Source: the human T2T-CHM13v2.0 reference genome, Homo sapiens. Taken from it: a stretch of DNA of 64,000 nt. Positions 42,957 to 63,504 of this stretch are shown here, in pieces (within the stretch, counting starts at the first letter, position 1; each line of letters starts with the position of its first letter). Under the pieces are notes generated by a model. It saw only the letters and a list, made by a program, of their open reading frames with translations. It was not told where the DNA came from and searched no databases. Location: NCBI RefSeq assembly GCF_009914755.1, contig NC_060940.1; one strand, written 5' to 3'. Position numbers and translations under genes: made by a program.

Positions 42957-43355
42957 CAACGGTTTTTTCTAATGGCTATTTCAAGGTAAGATTCTGTCTC
43001 TTAAGAATGGTACATTTAAGATAGATTATTAGATGTAAATCTTCATTTATTTGTATGTGTTCTCTAAAGATTCATGTGTTTTTTTATATGAAGAAGTTTA
43101 AGTGGCCTTTTGAAAGTAGGAAGGGTAGACGTACAGATGGTGACATCTGTACGTAACCATTTCAGGTTTCTTCCTTAAATAGTGGTATTCAGTATCCCAC
43201 TGGCCAATGGTAAGGATTTTATTTAACATTTTAAAAATAATATTGCTCATTAAGAGATATCTTAAGGAAAAATTACATAAATTCAGGAGAGTATGTGTCA
43301 TCACATTGTGTTGTGCATGTTCATTCAGCTGTTTTAGAATATGTTCTTATATTAC

Positions 43356-43397
43356 AATAAATGATACCCTTAATTACATAGTCAAAAAAAAAAAAAG
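43356..43397 (+). terminator. Polyadenylation signal and reverse-transcribed poly(A) tail of the retrocopy
   Basis: AATAAA, then a CA cleavage dinucleotide 22 nt later, an A-run and the 3' TSD. Confidence 0.9.
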
Positions 43398-43581
43398 TGG
43401 TCCTCCACTTCAGCCTCCAGAGAAGCTGGGACTACAGGAGGCGCATGCCACCATGCCAGGCTTAACCTACAAACAGTTCCTTATCATCTACTGCCTCAGG
43501 TTCAAACCCCTTCCCCCGTTTTTTAGCACACTGTTAGATGTTTTTCCTAACTTAACTTATAAAGTCTTATTATTCCCTAAC

Positions 43582-43792
43582 CTAGTGGTTCTCAACTGGG
43601 GGAAATTTTGTCCCCAGGGGACATCTGGCCACAGCTGAAAACATTTTCTGTGAACTGGGGTGGGGATTCTCGTGGCATGCAGCCAACGGAGACCAGCGAT
43701 GCTGTTAAACATCCTGCAGAGCCCAGGACAGCTCCAGAGCAAGGAAGTACCTGCCCGCAGGCCTCAGGAGTGCCAAGGCTGAGAGGCCCTCC
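43582..43792 (+). mobile_element. MER20
   Basis: tagtggttctcaactggggg...ttgtccccaggggacatctggc...gatgctgttaaacatcctgca...gtgccaaggctgaga. Confidence 0.85.
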
Positions 43793-44004
43793 CTGATACA
43801 GTTTATTTTCCCTAATATTGAGTACTGCGTCTGCATGTGGAATACCTGGGAGCTGGCAAACGACGCAGGCTGAGAAAGCCAGGTCTAGACATCTTTAAAA
43901 AGAATACGGTCAGTTTAAAAAGCCAGGTGCCAATGGAATGCCTACGATGTCAAGACACATTGTGAGAGACCATGGAGAATAAAAGAACAAAAAGTACTAG
44001 CATT

Positions 44005-45275
44005 TTTGTCTGTTTTTTTGGAGACATGGTCTATGTTGCCCAGGCTGGTCTCAAATTGCCAGGCTCAAGTCATCCTCCTGCCTCAGCCTCCCGAGTAGCT
44101 GGGACCACAGGCATGAGACAATGCACCCGGCTATAACCACCTTTTGTACAGTTCTTCCCAAGTATCCATTATGCAGCCATATGAGATCATCCATCTGATC
44201 CCTGCAGTACGTGACGTACACAGATCAAATTATCTCCATGTTAAAAACAAGAAAAACTGAATGTCAGTTCCTAAATGCCTTCCCCAAGGTCATCTGGCCA
44301 GTAGGGAGCAGAATCAAGTGCAGACTTTAGGTCCTGTAACTACAGAGGTCTGTGATTTGTGCACATTAAATCCAAGGAGGCGAGCGGAGCACAGCGGTCA
44401 GGAGCCGTCTCGGCGGCCAGTGCTGGGTCCACACAGGGCAGCCCCTGTTTCGTCCACTATGGGATGGAAATAATGGCACCTACCTAAGGCTTTTGTGAGA
44501 ATTCAGTAAAATGCATTTCTAGTACTGTGAACTGGAAAAATGTTAGCATTCAAAATGTTAGTTGCTGTTATTATTGTGGTGCTTGCGGTGTGGCTGGAGG
44601 ACAATTAAATTGCTTCAGTGCTGTCACAGAGACTCGGAGCTCTGGGAGGATCCAGGAGGGGCACCGGCAACTGGGCCTCCCGGAAGGCAGGGCTCCCTGT
44701 GTCTACAGCATCTGCTGCACCCCTGTGGGCAGCACACCCCCAGAAGCACTGGGGATGAGGACAGAGCCACCCACAGCCACCCCAGCTCCGTGTTCCCTGC
44801 ACTGGGGGCCAGGGCCTATCTTCTCAAGTAGAGACTTTACCACGACATGTGATCGTCTGTTCTAAAACCAGTGCACTTGCCAGGCACAGTGGCTCACGCC
44901 TGCAATCCCAGCACTTTGGGGGGCTGAGGCAGGAGGATCGCTTGAGCCCAGTAGTTCAAAACCAGCCTGGGGCCAGGAGCAGTGGTTCACACCTGTAATC
45001 CCAGCACTTTGGGAGGCTTAGACAGGTGGAACTCCTGAGGTCAGGAGTTCAAGACCAGCCTGGGCAACATAGTGAGACTACATCTCTACCACAATTTAGA
45101 AATTACCCGAGTGTGGTGGTGTGTGCCTGTACCTAGCTGCTCAGGAGGCTGAGGTGGGGGGATCGCTTGAACCTGGGAAGTTGAGGCTGCAATGAGCTAT
45201 GATTGCATCACCGCACTCCAACCTGGGAGACAGCACGACACCCCAACTCAAATAAATAAATAAATAAATAAATAA
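44005..45275. mobile_element. FLAM (-) 44005-44132, MIR fragments 44170-44570, Alu partial plus AluJ (+) 44878-45275 with an (AAAT)n tail
   Basis: Alu and MIR consensus matches. Confidence 0.75.
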
Positions 45276-47659
45276 TGAAAACAAGCACATGACAGCTTGA
45301 ATAATTATTTAATTACTTGGACTACAGTTAAAATGTTCTCAGGAGTCAAATGCTCATAAAGCTGCAGGGGGTGGCCTCGTCCTCAGCTGAGTGTAACCTG
45401 GGGCCACTGTCTGGACAGCAAGGAGGCAGGATGTGATGAGCTTTTTTCCCATCTGTAGCTTTTCACCCACTAATCCCACTGGGAGGAGTCTGCTGTTAGG
45501 ATACAGTCAATCAGCGATGTAGTCAAAGGTTTGTGTGTAAGGAGATTTATCTCAGCTTGAGCAAAAAGAAAAACAAACAACATAAACATCCCAGCAACAG
45601 ATTACTATTGAAATAGGTCGCTAAATGTGTATGTCCAGATGACTGAATATTATGCAGTCTTAAAAGGCATGCAGGATGCTCACAGATAATGTGAAAATGG
45701 GCAGAACGTACATCAGTTGTGTGCAAACAGGCACTGAGAAAAGACAAAGGTACACCGAAATATTACTAGCATTTATCTCTGGGTAATTTTTATTTTATTT
45801 TTCTGTTTTCCAATTTTTCTGTGAGGAACAATCACTACTTCTAGAATTTAAAAAAGTTACAGATATTAAGTCTAAATATAAATACCTCCCTACAAGATGT
45901 GAATGATATGAAAAGTATAGAAAAAGCAAGCTTCTAAAACCATAACCACACTTTCCTTCCACACATATCTCGAGGGCCGGGCACATCAGGGGTTAACATG
46001 AACTTCAAAGTGTCTACCCCCACAAACAAAATACAGTAAACATGACTATGAAAAAATAGTGTTTTCAATTTGTTTTCCAATTAACCTACCTCTATACAGG
46101 AAGGAGTAACGTCTGTTAAATACTTTTAAGTTAACGTAAAAAACATAAAACATAAAAACAAAATAGATTTGTAAGCATTTTGCTAAAATAGTCATTACGT
46201 GTCTCTAAAAACCAGAACAAGAAGACAGACAGTTTAAGAGTGAAAGCTATTTGCTGACTTAGACCAAGTGAAAGCCAACGCTAACCAAAAAAACATTTTC
46301 CATGTAAAAACCTTCCTTTTAATATTTCTTAACCTAGAGCTCTACTCATCAAAAAGAGAAAGAGAGAAAAAAGATTACTGCTTAAAATCTCAGCAAAGGG
46401 AACCCAGTACTTAACTAGACCAGCTCCCAGAGTGACCAGATGCAAATCTCTTTCACAAATAGCCACAGGGCAGCACGGCCTCCTCTAGGAACACCGGCCC
46501 CAACTGCCCACCCGCGGGGGCTTCCAGGCCTCCAGGTGCCAAGACATCCCACCAGGGGCCAACCACATGGGACCTCTGGGGTAGGGCTTCCCTACAGTCA
46601 GCCTCCAACACACCCAGAATCCCTGTTCCAGACACTGCCTGTAGAAACAGAGGGAGTCTAAAGTCGAGAGCCCTAGGGAGGCTAAAGACATACTTCCTAG
46701 TCCTGTAATCCCATAAAACAGGGTTCAAAGGGCATCTTAACGGATGTATTGACTTCAGAGAGAACACCAGCATCTTGCTTGTACTCATGAGCAACAACTC
46801 ATTTCTGCCTTCCTAGCCCCTCCTTGCCCTCCTGTCCAGCAGCGACCTACTCACCACTAGGGTCGGAGGCCGGCAATGGCGCTGACCTTCACTGCTGACC
46901 GGGCTCTGACCACTGCTGTCTTCCAGTGCTTCTGAGCAACTACTACCCTCCACTAAAAAAAACAACTTTATGCAACAGGAGAGAAAATGCTTGCACAGAC
47001 AAGTGCAAGTGTCAATAAAACTGGGCTGGGGGTAGGGGTGGAACTGAAGTAGGAGGAGTAAACATAATAGTGAAAGTGTCAACCTCCTGTAGTGATGCCA
47101 AATGCCGGCCCTACAGTCAGACCCTCGGGAGGGCCGCCCCCATCACTAGTCGTGCGACACAAGTGATGTGGCATTTCCAAGCCTGTGTCCCCATCTGTAA
47201 AGTGGGGACAGCCACCATATTGACTTCCGAGGGTTGGTGCAAGGATTGAAGTAGCCAGTCCACCAAGCATGGCTCTCAGGATGGAGCCTGGCAAACAGCA
47301 AGCGCCCATTCCACAGCCACAGGGATCCAGGCTGGCACCGTGCACCGAGGCACGCATGCAAAGCCTCTCCCTCAGAGCTTCTCTCTCAACACGGCCCCAC
47401 AGAGCAGACCACCAGCAGCACCGCTGTGGCGCGGGCCGGGTGGGGGAGAAACCAATCAGAGGCTGCTCGAAAAAGGTACAAAGTCAGCACTTAGGAGCAA
47501 CAGGTGACAGCGAGGGAACACACAGAAGCAACACTGACAGGACATGGCCACGTGGGAACCAACAACCCAATCTCAACAATCTCTGAAGACGACACCATCA
47601 GAAAGTAAAGCAATACGGCCACCATGATGGTTCCTTCCCCCTCAAGAAAAATGCACTTT

Positions 47660-48422
<763 letters not shown>

Positions 48423-49339
48423 CATCTTCAGGACTTTTGACGTTAAGTACATAATACACACAATATTGTTATTGTGAATATTTGGCCAGGAATATGCTTA
48501 AATACTGGGGTTTTCTTAGAGAAGCTGGCTAAATGTCTAATCACAATAACTAAACTGCGTTATCATGACCATTTTGGTTCCCACTATAATATTCAGCTCC
48601 CTGAGATGGACCATTCAAAGCAGTGAGCACGTTCAAGTGGCTGCTTTACAGTGCTTTGGGGATACCAGCCACAGTATAGGTTCGGTTTCAGAACACTTAG
48701 GCATCTAGGATGGGAAAGAACAGGACTTGAAGAGGCCAGGAGCGAGAAACCCCTGGTTCAAAACAAGAGTGCATCCAAGGTCCAGAAAGTGTCAGTAAAA
48801 TCGGCTAGCAGGCTTTGTTTCTGCAGGCACCACAAACTCTATTCCAGGAGTCTTCTTGGGACACCCTATTATGAACAAGGCATCGCTGCTTCAGAGCCAG
48901 GGTCCCCATCTCTTACTGTCAGCCATGCAACAAAAGATCAGACCAGAAAGGGCTCACCTGGATTGATCACAGAAGACATTTAGGCCAAAAAGTTTCAGAT
49001 TTACCTCCCACTGCAGCTATGACCAGACCCTCATCCCCTAGGCACCTGGTATCTGCCCAACTGAACTTCACACCTACAGGTGAAGCCTAGCCCAGGCCTG
49101 CTTCTCTGGCAAGTTCACCACACGCCTGACTCTCCTTCCCGTGGCTGACCGCCACCAGGGGCTAGAGCATGTAGACAACCATTCCACTGACATCCTCCAA
49201 ATGGACCCATGAACTTCAAGGCACTGGGCCATGCTAGCCTTCTCTCCGCACAGCACCTCATCCTTTTAACAGCACATGTTCCAGTTAGTATAAAACCCCC
49301 CTTCACAGCCTCCCTTCCTCAGGGAGAGTGAATTCTTCC

Positions 49340-52170
<2,831 letters not shown>

Positions 52171-52534
52171 GGAACCCCAACAAAATATCAGACTGCGGTA
52201 CTGAGGACTATCAGTTACACACTCTGTGCTGAATGAATAAAAACGAGCCGCTGGGGCGAAGGCAGGGAGAGGAGCTTTGTCACCAAGACCATGGATCCCG
52301 CCCAGGGCCGGCCGCGCACATGGGGCAGCCCCGGGCATCAGCAGAGCTGGCAGAAGCCGGGGATGAGGTCACACTCCCTACTTCTACCAGCCGCAGAGTC
52401 TGGGGCTCTCTCCCTCATCTCATTTCATATTCCTCAGGTTCTTCCTCTCACTTTAAATGATGAAGTCAACACACAAACAATTTTAACTTCACATAATAAA
52501 AATAGCCACTCACTAATGTCGTCTTTGTCAAATT

Positions 52535-52660
52535 ATTTATACTTAACCCCTCTGTGTCTGTTTTCTTATTGCTAAAATGGGGACAAAAATAGAACTTGAC
52601 TCATGGAGCTGTTATGAGGATTAAATGAAATACATGCGACACCCTCAGAGCAGCCTCCTG
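52535..52660 (+). mobile_element. MIR 3' half
   Basis: acttaacccctctgtgtctgttttcttattgctaaaatgggg...ctgttatgaggattaaatga. Confidence 0.75.
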
Positions 52661-52972
52661 CACCTGGGGAACACCGCCACGCCCCCACCGCATCCCCCTG
52701 AGCCTGCTGCCCCTCACCGCACACACCTGGGGAACACTCACACGCCTCCACGCATCGCTCCCGAGTCTGCTGCCCCTCACCGCACACACCTGGGGAACAC
52801 CGACACGCCCCCACCGCATCCCCCTGAACCTGCTGCCCCTCACCGCACACACCTGGGGAACACACACGCCTCCACACATCGCTCCCGAGTCCGCTGCCCA
52901 TCATTGCATGCACCTAGAACCACTGATACGCCCCCACGCATCGCTCCTCCCTGTAGCCTGCTGCTCCTCACC
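52661..52972. repeat. C-rich minisatellite, 63-bp unit, about 5 copies, A-B-A-B pattern
   Basis: cacctggggaacac recurs at 52661, 52724, 52787 and 52850, with a degenerate copy at 52911. Confidence 0.92.
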
Positions 52973-53533
52973 TCATATCTTTATTAGCAATTGTAAAAGG
53001 AAAAATAACATTGATAAATTAACTTCCTCAATACACTATTAATGGTATGCTGGTTTAAAAGCCTTCCACCTATTTAAAAAACAACCCACACATATAAGTG
53101 CTTTGAGAAATGACACACTGCACGACGTGTGGCACAATGCAGTGTCGAAAGTTCAGAATCTACAGTGTCATCCCTAGACCAGCCACTAAAATCACGCAAC
53201 GAAGGAAGCCAACAGATAATAAGCCAGCAAGAATTCCATGATTCTGCTTAAATGAAGTTTTAGAATAGGCGAAACTGATCAGTGGTGGAAAACAATAGAA
53301 AAAAGGCCTGGGAGTCGGGGTGCAGAGAAGGTTGGAACCGACTGGAAAATGGCCTGAGTTCTCACGTATGAAAGATACTCTACCAGGAACCTGGAGTCAG
53401 GAGAATCTCCCAGAGGTGGTGTGCAAGTTCTGTGAGTATCTATTTGTGTCCGGGTAGAGTTTACACACCACACAGTGCTTCCCACACAACCTCAATACTC
53501 TGTGCTTTCAAAGTATCTCATTAATTTTACTAA

Positions 53534-55373
<1,840 letters not shown>

Positions 55374-56447
55374 TCAAGTTAAACTTCACTAGAATCTCCA
55401 GCTACATAATATATGAGAGGTAGTCATTGGATAAAGGCAAAAATTAAAAAGATAAAAAGTATGAGTTGGTTACAGGAGTGACTACTGTGGCCACTGAAAA
55501 GAAAAAGCCAAAGGGAAAAAGCACTTGTACTACGGCGGCTTTTCATCCACCCAACACCTCCTGCCCCTGGGTTTAACGGATGCTCCGCAGGTGAGCCCCT
55601 AGTAGGTGGTAGGAACTGCTAGGCTCTAGTGATTTAAAAAGTCAGTCTCTGCCAAAGTCAAAGTCTTGGGCAGAAACAGAACACAGCACATAAGGTCTAG
55701 GATAAGGATGCAACAACAAAATGACTGGTATCTATGAACCAATAATGCGTATAGGGGTATCACAGGTAACCGGTGTCCAGTCTAAGAGAACAGCCTCTCC
55801 AAGGGCACAGGAGAGAGAAAGCACAGTGAGTAGGAGGAACTGCGCCTACAGAGAGAGGTGTGTACGGACAGGCAGGGGACAGATCACAAAGGCCATGGCA
55901 CATCATGCCAAGACCCGTAAGCCAGAAATGAAGCTCCTGCAGCATGCATTTGACGAGGACCATTCCAATGACACAAGGGAACTGATGTCAGAGGCTAAGA
56001 GGGGGCCAGTGACACCAGAGGGGGTTATGGAGGCAGACCCAGGCCAGGGAGACCAAAAAGGGTTACAGCGGGCAGACCCAGGCCAGGAGACTGGAATGTT
56101 AATGAGGCTAGACCTAGGTCAAGGTCAGAGTTGGGCACATCAGTGTTATTTCTAAAAAGAGTTAAGGTACCAATGCTTCTGAACTATTTAATTAGAAAAT
56201 AAAATGGAGCAGCTATGAAGTTGTTTCTTGCAGACTTTAAACAATGACATCAACTGACTTGCATTCTAACACAGATTTCTAATCAGAAGCAAAGTGGAGT
56301 TAGGCTAGGCTGGGGCCATGCTGGTTTCCTGAAGACTATTCTAATCTCCATCCTGCTTCCCTGGCATACTGCCTCAAATCTAAGCCTGCGTCCAGAGAAG
56401 TGTGCCATGTATGTGAGCACCATGGCAAGTGTGGCAGGGAGAGAAAC

Positions 56448-56540
56448 GGGGGGGGGGGGGGGGGGTGGGGGGGGGGAAGGGGAAGCGGGAGGGGAAAGGA
56501 AGGAGAGGAAGAAAGGAAAGTACAGGGGGAAAGAAAGGGA
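56448..56540 (+). repeat. G18-T-G10 run followed by a polypurine tract
   Basis: Seen directly in the sequence. Confidence 0.9.
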
Positions 56541-56715
56541 GACCCTGAGGGAACACTGAACCGGGGCTGTAACGGTGTCACTGGAGACAAATCTAAAGAT
56601 ATTTAGGACTTGGTCATAAACCAGCTGGAGGGGATAAAAAAGGGCATCTCTATGACAGGCCTGGGCCTCTGGCTGGAAGGGATTAGAAGGGAAGGACAGA
56701 GCAGGTCAGGGTTGG

Positions 56716-57086
56716 TGTCTTGGTCTGTTTTGTGTTCCTGTAACAGAATACCACAGAGTAGGTAATTTATAAAGAAAAGAAATGTATTTCTTACAGTTCT
56801 GGAGGCTGCAAAGTCCAACAGCAACAGCCTGTATCTGCTTAGGGCCTTCCTGCTAGGACATCCCATGGTGGAAGGCAGAAGGGGAAAGGGCGAGAGAGCC
56901 AGAGAGCAAGCCAGCAAGAGGAGCCCCACACCGGCCTTCACAAAAACCACTCTCAGGTGACAAGGATATTACCTCATTGTAATGGCAGTGGCAGAGCCCT
57001 CCCGACCTACCCATGTCCCAACACTGCCGCACTGGGGATTAAGTTTCTAAGACGCAAACTTTGGGGGAAACATGGGAACCATGGCA
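56716..57086. mobile_element. Solo MaLR LTR (MST/MLT1A-like), 371 bp
   Basis: TG...CA termini; gggtaatttataaagaaaagaaatgtatttcttacagttctggaggctg; flanked on both sides by ggttgg. Confidence 0.85.
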
Positions 57087-57519
57087 GGTTGGAAGACAGA
57101 AACCTGCCTTTGCCACACTGAGCTACTGGGAACCTTCACTGGGAGCTGGAGGTCTGGTTGAGCCTTTAGGTTTTTTGGACTCATCAGTGTGACTGGCAAA
57201 ACCACAGCTGAAAAGGTCACGAATTATAAAGCAAAAACAAAGAAGAAAAAGGAGAGAAGTCTGAGGAATAACATCATCAAAAGTGCAGGAAAGCAGAGGA
57301 AAAACTGAAAACAAATGTCCAGAGAAGAGGAAAACCAGCAGTGCCAGAACTGGCGAAGGCAGCGAGATCCCAGCCGGCCCGGCACACCCAGGCTGCAGAA
57401 GCCACCATCCGGGGCAGGCGCCTCACAGCCATATTTATCCCAAACAAAATCCCCCAAAAAAACCCTTCCTGGGGATTCCTCTGTGTAGGAAACCCACAAA
57501 AACGAACGAGAGGTAAGAA

Positions 57520-59120
<1,601 letters not shown>

Positions 59121-61169
59121 ATCAACACCCAGGGAAAGGAGAACCTTGCCTGACCCTTAAAACGTCCTGGGTGCCCTTCCCTGCCATCTGTGGGAGAAGG
59201 GACTTTCCATGCAGCAGCCTCTGGCACTTTTCCATTTCCTACCTCTGGTTACATTACCGATTTAAAACCTTTCTTCACTGAAGAGATTGCTGAATACTCT
59301 TCCGAAAAAATTGTTTTTGTCAAAGAGGTTCGAGGCAAAAGGCAGGTCACAGGACGCTGAGGAATAACTGAAGGTGAGGAACTAGAGACAGCAGGAGTGA
59401 CTTCACGAAGCATGGCTGTGTTACAGCATGAAGAACAGCATGTATGTAAGATCCTACGTGTATCTAAGCGTGTATATGGTGTCTTGAAAGAACATGTGAA
59501 CATATATGTGCACAAACATGTCTGGAAAGACACACACCAACCTATTCGCGGGTACCAGCGCCAGCCAGCGGGATGGAAGGCCTTTTCTGCTAGCTGCTCA
59601 GGGAGGCCTCAGTGGTGAAGCGACTAAGAGAAGAGGGGCTGGTAGAGACGAGCGGTGTTAAAGCCGGGGTTTTGTTGGCTGGTAGAGGTGAGTGGTGTTA
59701 AAGGTGGGGTTTTGTTGAAAACACAAATCAGAGAACCATTATGGTTCTCTGTTTATGGGTCAGGTGGGCAAATACTAGAGGTCAAAGATTGGATTGAAGG
59801 AGGGAGATAGAAATCACAAAGTTCAAACGCTGACCTACAAGTGACCCTGAGGAAACAGAGGGGTGTGACCAAACCGGCGGTGAGGGACCAGCCTTACACA
59901 GAAAGGAAACACAAGAGAAACTAAGGAGGTGTCCAGGCCCAGATAAGACATTTCAAGGGCGAATGATTTTTCTGTGAGCCTGCAAAGCACCCGCCCCACT
60001 GGCAAGCTGGGTAGTGAATGGCGGGCGGGGTCCACAGTGCCCCTCTCTAAGGGTGAACGGCTGGGTCCAGGGCTTTGTGGCCGGCATGTGAAGTCCTGTC
60101 CTGCTTAATCATGCCCTGATCAGACATGACACACGGCTGCTAGAAGAGCAATTATTTGAAAGATACTCTGTCTTGCTTCTGTCTTCTCACTTTAAGTAGC
60201 TTCAGGTCTTTTAACCCAGAACAAAACAGAAACTGCTAAGAATTAACCTATTTTGTTAGTTCTGGATGATCTCTTTTTACCTTTGACAGGAAATGTTTCT
60301 ACAATGTGTCAGGTCTCTCTACAATAAAAACATCTACAGAGACTGGAGAAAAAAATTACCTTGCTAAAACTAATTTCTAAACTGCGTATGTTAAGACTAA
60401 AGTCCAAAACCAAAAGCCCTTCAATAATGTACCCTAATTAGGTAACTTGCAGCTACACTTCTTACTTAAACTAACAAGATAACTACTGTTCCAACGGGCA
60501 GTTTTCCAAAAAAAAAAAAAAAAAGAAGAAGAATCTTTTTCTAAAATCTAATCCCTCTAAGGTGGGGGGCGGGGGAGAATACTAAAGCAGAAATTTTTCC
60601 TAGCATAACAAAAATTTCTTCGTCATCAATTCAACAAACAAAGATGCCCCAGCGCGAGTACCTCTTACTATTCTATTCTACTAGCTGGACTCTGAAGTTT
60701 TAAGACTCATGTAGATTTGTTGGAAAAGCATGTTAATTCAAAAGGTAGATGAAGTTTACAGGACTAAAGAGAAAATGGGTAAACTAAAGCCTAAGTAAAC
60801 AGTACGCTTCACCTGCAGTGACAAGACTAACGCAGATGCCTATCTCCAGTTATCTTCGCACTTGAACAAATGATACCATCGTATTACTCATCATACCCAA
60901 ATATGACACAGAATTTCCAGTTTCTACAACTGTGCTCCAGAACACAGTAGAAAACAGCAAAACTCAAATGTGTGTTCACCTAATGAGGCAAATGTGAACT
61001 AGCTCATGTCAAAGTAAATGGCCTTCATTTAATGTGAGGGCAAAGGACAGTAATTAAAGTACCACATAATCCAAGCCATTACACAGTAGATGGCAGTGCT
61101 ACTGCAGCTCCATCATGGCATCAACAGAAATACTACCACCAAGAAAGCAATCAGAACTGCATCCCAGCA

Positions 61170-61500
61170 CGGTCACGCACTGCATAAGGATGCTTCCACC
61201 ACTGACAGACCACACGGACCAGGGATCCTCTAAGATTCTAATAATGCATTTTTACTGTACCTATTCTGTGTTTAGATACACAAATACCACTGGGTTACAA
61301 CTGCCTATGGTATTCAGTACAGTAACACGCTGTACAGGTTTACAGCCGAGGAGCAACAGGCTCTACAATGTGGCCCAGAGGTGTAGCGGGTTCTGCCACC
61401 CAGGTCTGTGCAAGTGCACTCTGCGGTGCTCACACAACAAGATCAGCTGAGGACGCTTTTCTCAGAACGTATCTGTGTCCTTAAGCAGCACATGACTGTA
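61170..61500 (+). mobile_element. Tigger3a/MER7A-like MITE
   Basis: tttagatacacaaatacc...ttacaactgcctatggtattcagtacagtaacacgctgtacaggttt...ttaagcagcacatgactgta. Confidence 0.85.
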
Positions 61501-62599
61501 TGCCTCAATTCCCGTATCATGTACTGTACTTTACTATGAAACAGGACAGTGTTTTAGACCTGTAGCAGCTGGCCAAAAAATAAAAATAAAAATAAAAAAA
61601 GATCCACTATGTGTTAGAATATTATCTCCTGTATCTCCTGTAATGTAACAACAACAACAAAAAAAGCAATGTATACAAAGACAGCCAGAAGACTTAGTTC
61701 ACAGACAAGTTCATAGACCAGGCGGTTCCCAGCTGCCCAGGAGAACAAGTGTTAAAGATGGAGACAAAACAGTGCTTTTAGGTCACAGCTATTCCTTTAA
61801 CCATCAGTGACAACAGCTGCTCCAGAGAGAGTCCGTTCTTATGGAATGCTAGATGACTCTTGGCTGCAATAGGCCCAGAGTTTAGGGCTAAAGGAGAAAC
61901 CAAAAGAAACCACTTATACTTTGCCTGATAACCAGAGGATGAACTATCCCATGTTTCACCTCTGAACTGCAATGATTTTCAACAGCTTACGAAAAGCAAC
62001 GAAGCAAAAGCTGTTGCTGATCTTTGGACAGACATTTTCAGCAGGTTTATTCACGGTATTTGTGTCTATCTGAAGTTTCCACAGTGCTTATCCTCAGGCA
62101 CTCACAATGCAAGCCACAGAGAGTTCCAGAACTGTTCCACAGAACCTACCCCTAAAGAAGACCACCACCCCACCACACTCCTGCACCAAAAACTTTAAAA
62201 ACGTTATTTTTTTTAGTACCCCCTTAAAAAAATCAGCCCCATGAAGCAGTTCATTATCCATACCCTGAGGATGCTGAAACACAAACGGCAGGGCCCTCAC
62301 AGCTGCAGCTCAGGCGGGGCCCCGCCCCTGCCCACCAGGCCCTGCTCCCCCATACCTGTCGCTGACCAAATGCACCAGCCCGGAGGCTCTGTACTGACAG
62401 CACAGAGTTCCCTGCCACCTCCAGCTGCAGCTCCCCAGGCTGGCTGAGGCCACACCTACACAGCTCTGCACACGGCACCTAGCAATCCACCAGGTGGAAC
62501 AGGAGCCCTCAGGACAGCCCCGCACCGACACGTGCGCCAGCGGTCCACAGAGGATGCGCTAAGTGTTAGGCACAGTGCACGGGGGTGAAGACAAAGAGC

Positions 62600-63070
62600 C
62601 TATTAACCATGAAGACAAAAGTCTACAAAAGCAAGCATGTGAAGCAACTCCAAGGTCCACCCGCTGAAGAATGCGTGAGCACAGCTCGGCCTCTTCACAC
62701 AGGGGAACGCCACTCGGCAGCGAAAGAGGAGGAAGTGCTGACACACCCACAGCATGGACGGGCCCTGACATCACGACACCGAGTGAAGGAAGCCAGTCAC
62801 AAAGGGCCACACGGTGTGTGGTCCCCTTATATGCAACGTCCAAAAAAGACACCCATAGAGACAAAAAGGGGTGGTCAAGGGTTGGGGGGAGGGGGAATGG
62901 GGAGCGACTCCTAATAGGCACTGGGTTTCTTTTTGGGGAGATGGAAACGTTCAGTGGCAGTGGTCGTGCTTGCACAGCTATATGACTATACTAAAAACCA
63001 CTGACTTCACTGTAAAAGGGTGAAGTATATATAGTATATGAATTCTCTTTCAATAAAGCTGTTATTTTTT
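62600..63070 (+). mobile_element. L1MB-like 3' end
   Basis: gagtgaaggaagccagtcacaaagggccacac; ccatagagacaaaaagggg; tactaaaaaccactgac; caataaagctgtta. Confidence 0.8.
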
Positions 63071-63504
63071 AAACAAGAATAAGCATGTGCACATACCACA
63101 GCATATTAATTATCACTGACACAAAGAAAAAGCCGCAAAGGATTTATTTTAACTATTTCCAAAACTATGGTCTTTTATTTACGTAAAATAGGCATTGGAA
63201 AGTCTAAGCCAACTATCCCCCACAGTTGGCACCCTGGAACAGGCGACTGCAGGAGCAGCAAGCAGCAGCATTACCGGCCACTAGGCAGAGTACAACTAAT
63301 TCAGCCTACCATCAGTGTGGCTACTGGAAGTATTTTTCTTTCTGAAAGTAAAATACAGGTATGTCTACTTTGTACTCCCCCCACTTTTACACCTCTAGAA
63401 GTCCTCAGAATAATAAGAATTTTTAAATAAAAACACAGGATTTGGACAAGGAATTGCAAATAATGACTATTTCGGAAAATACAGTTAAAATAAATTTAAA
63501 AAAA

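Noticed and set aside
45430-45560. Possible C/D box snoRNA (GTGATGA)
   Set aside because: Antisense to the host gene, with no convincing D box or terminal stem.
52661-52972. CRISPR-like periodic repeat
   Set aside because: Eukaryotic context and the intervening sequences are themselves repeated; it is a minisatellite.
59729-59751. Palindrome as a glucocorticoid response element
   Set aside because: Half-sites are AGAACC/GGTTCT with a 5-nt spacer, not AGAACA-nnn-TGTTCT.
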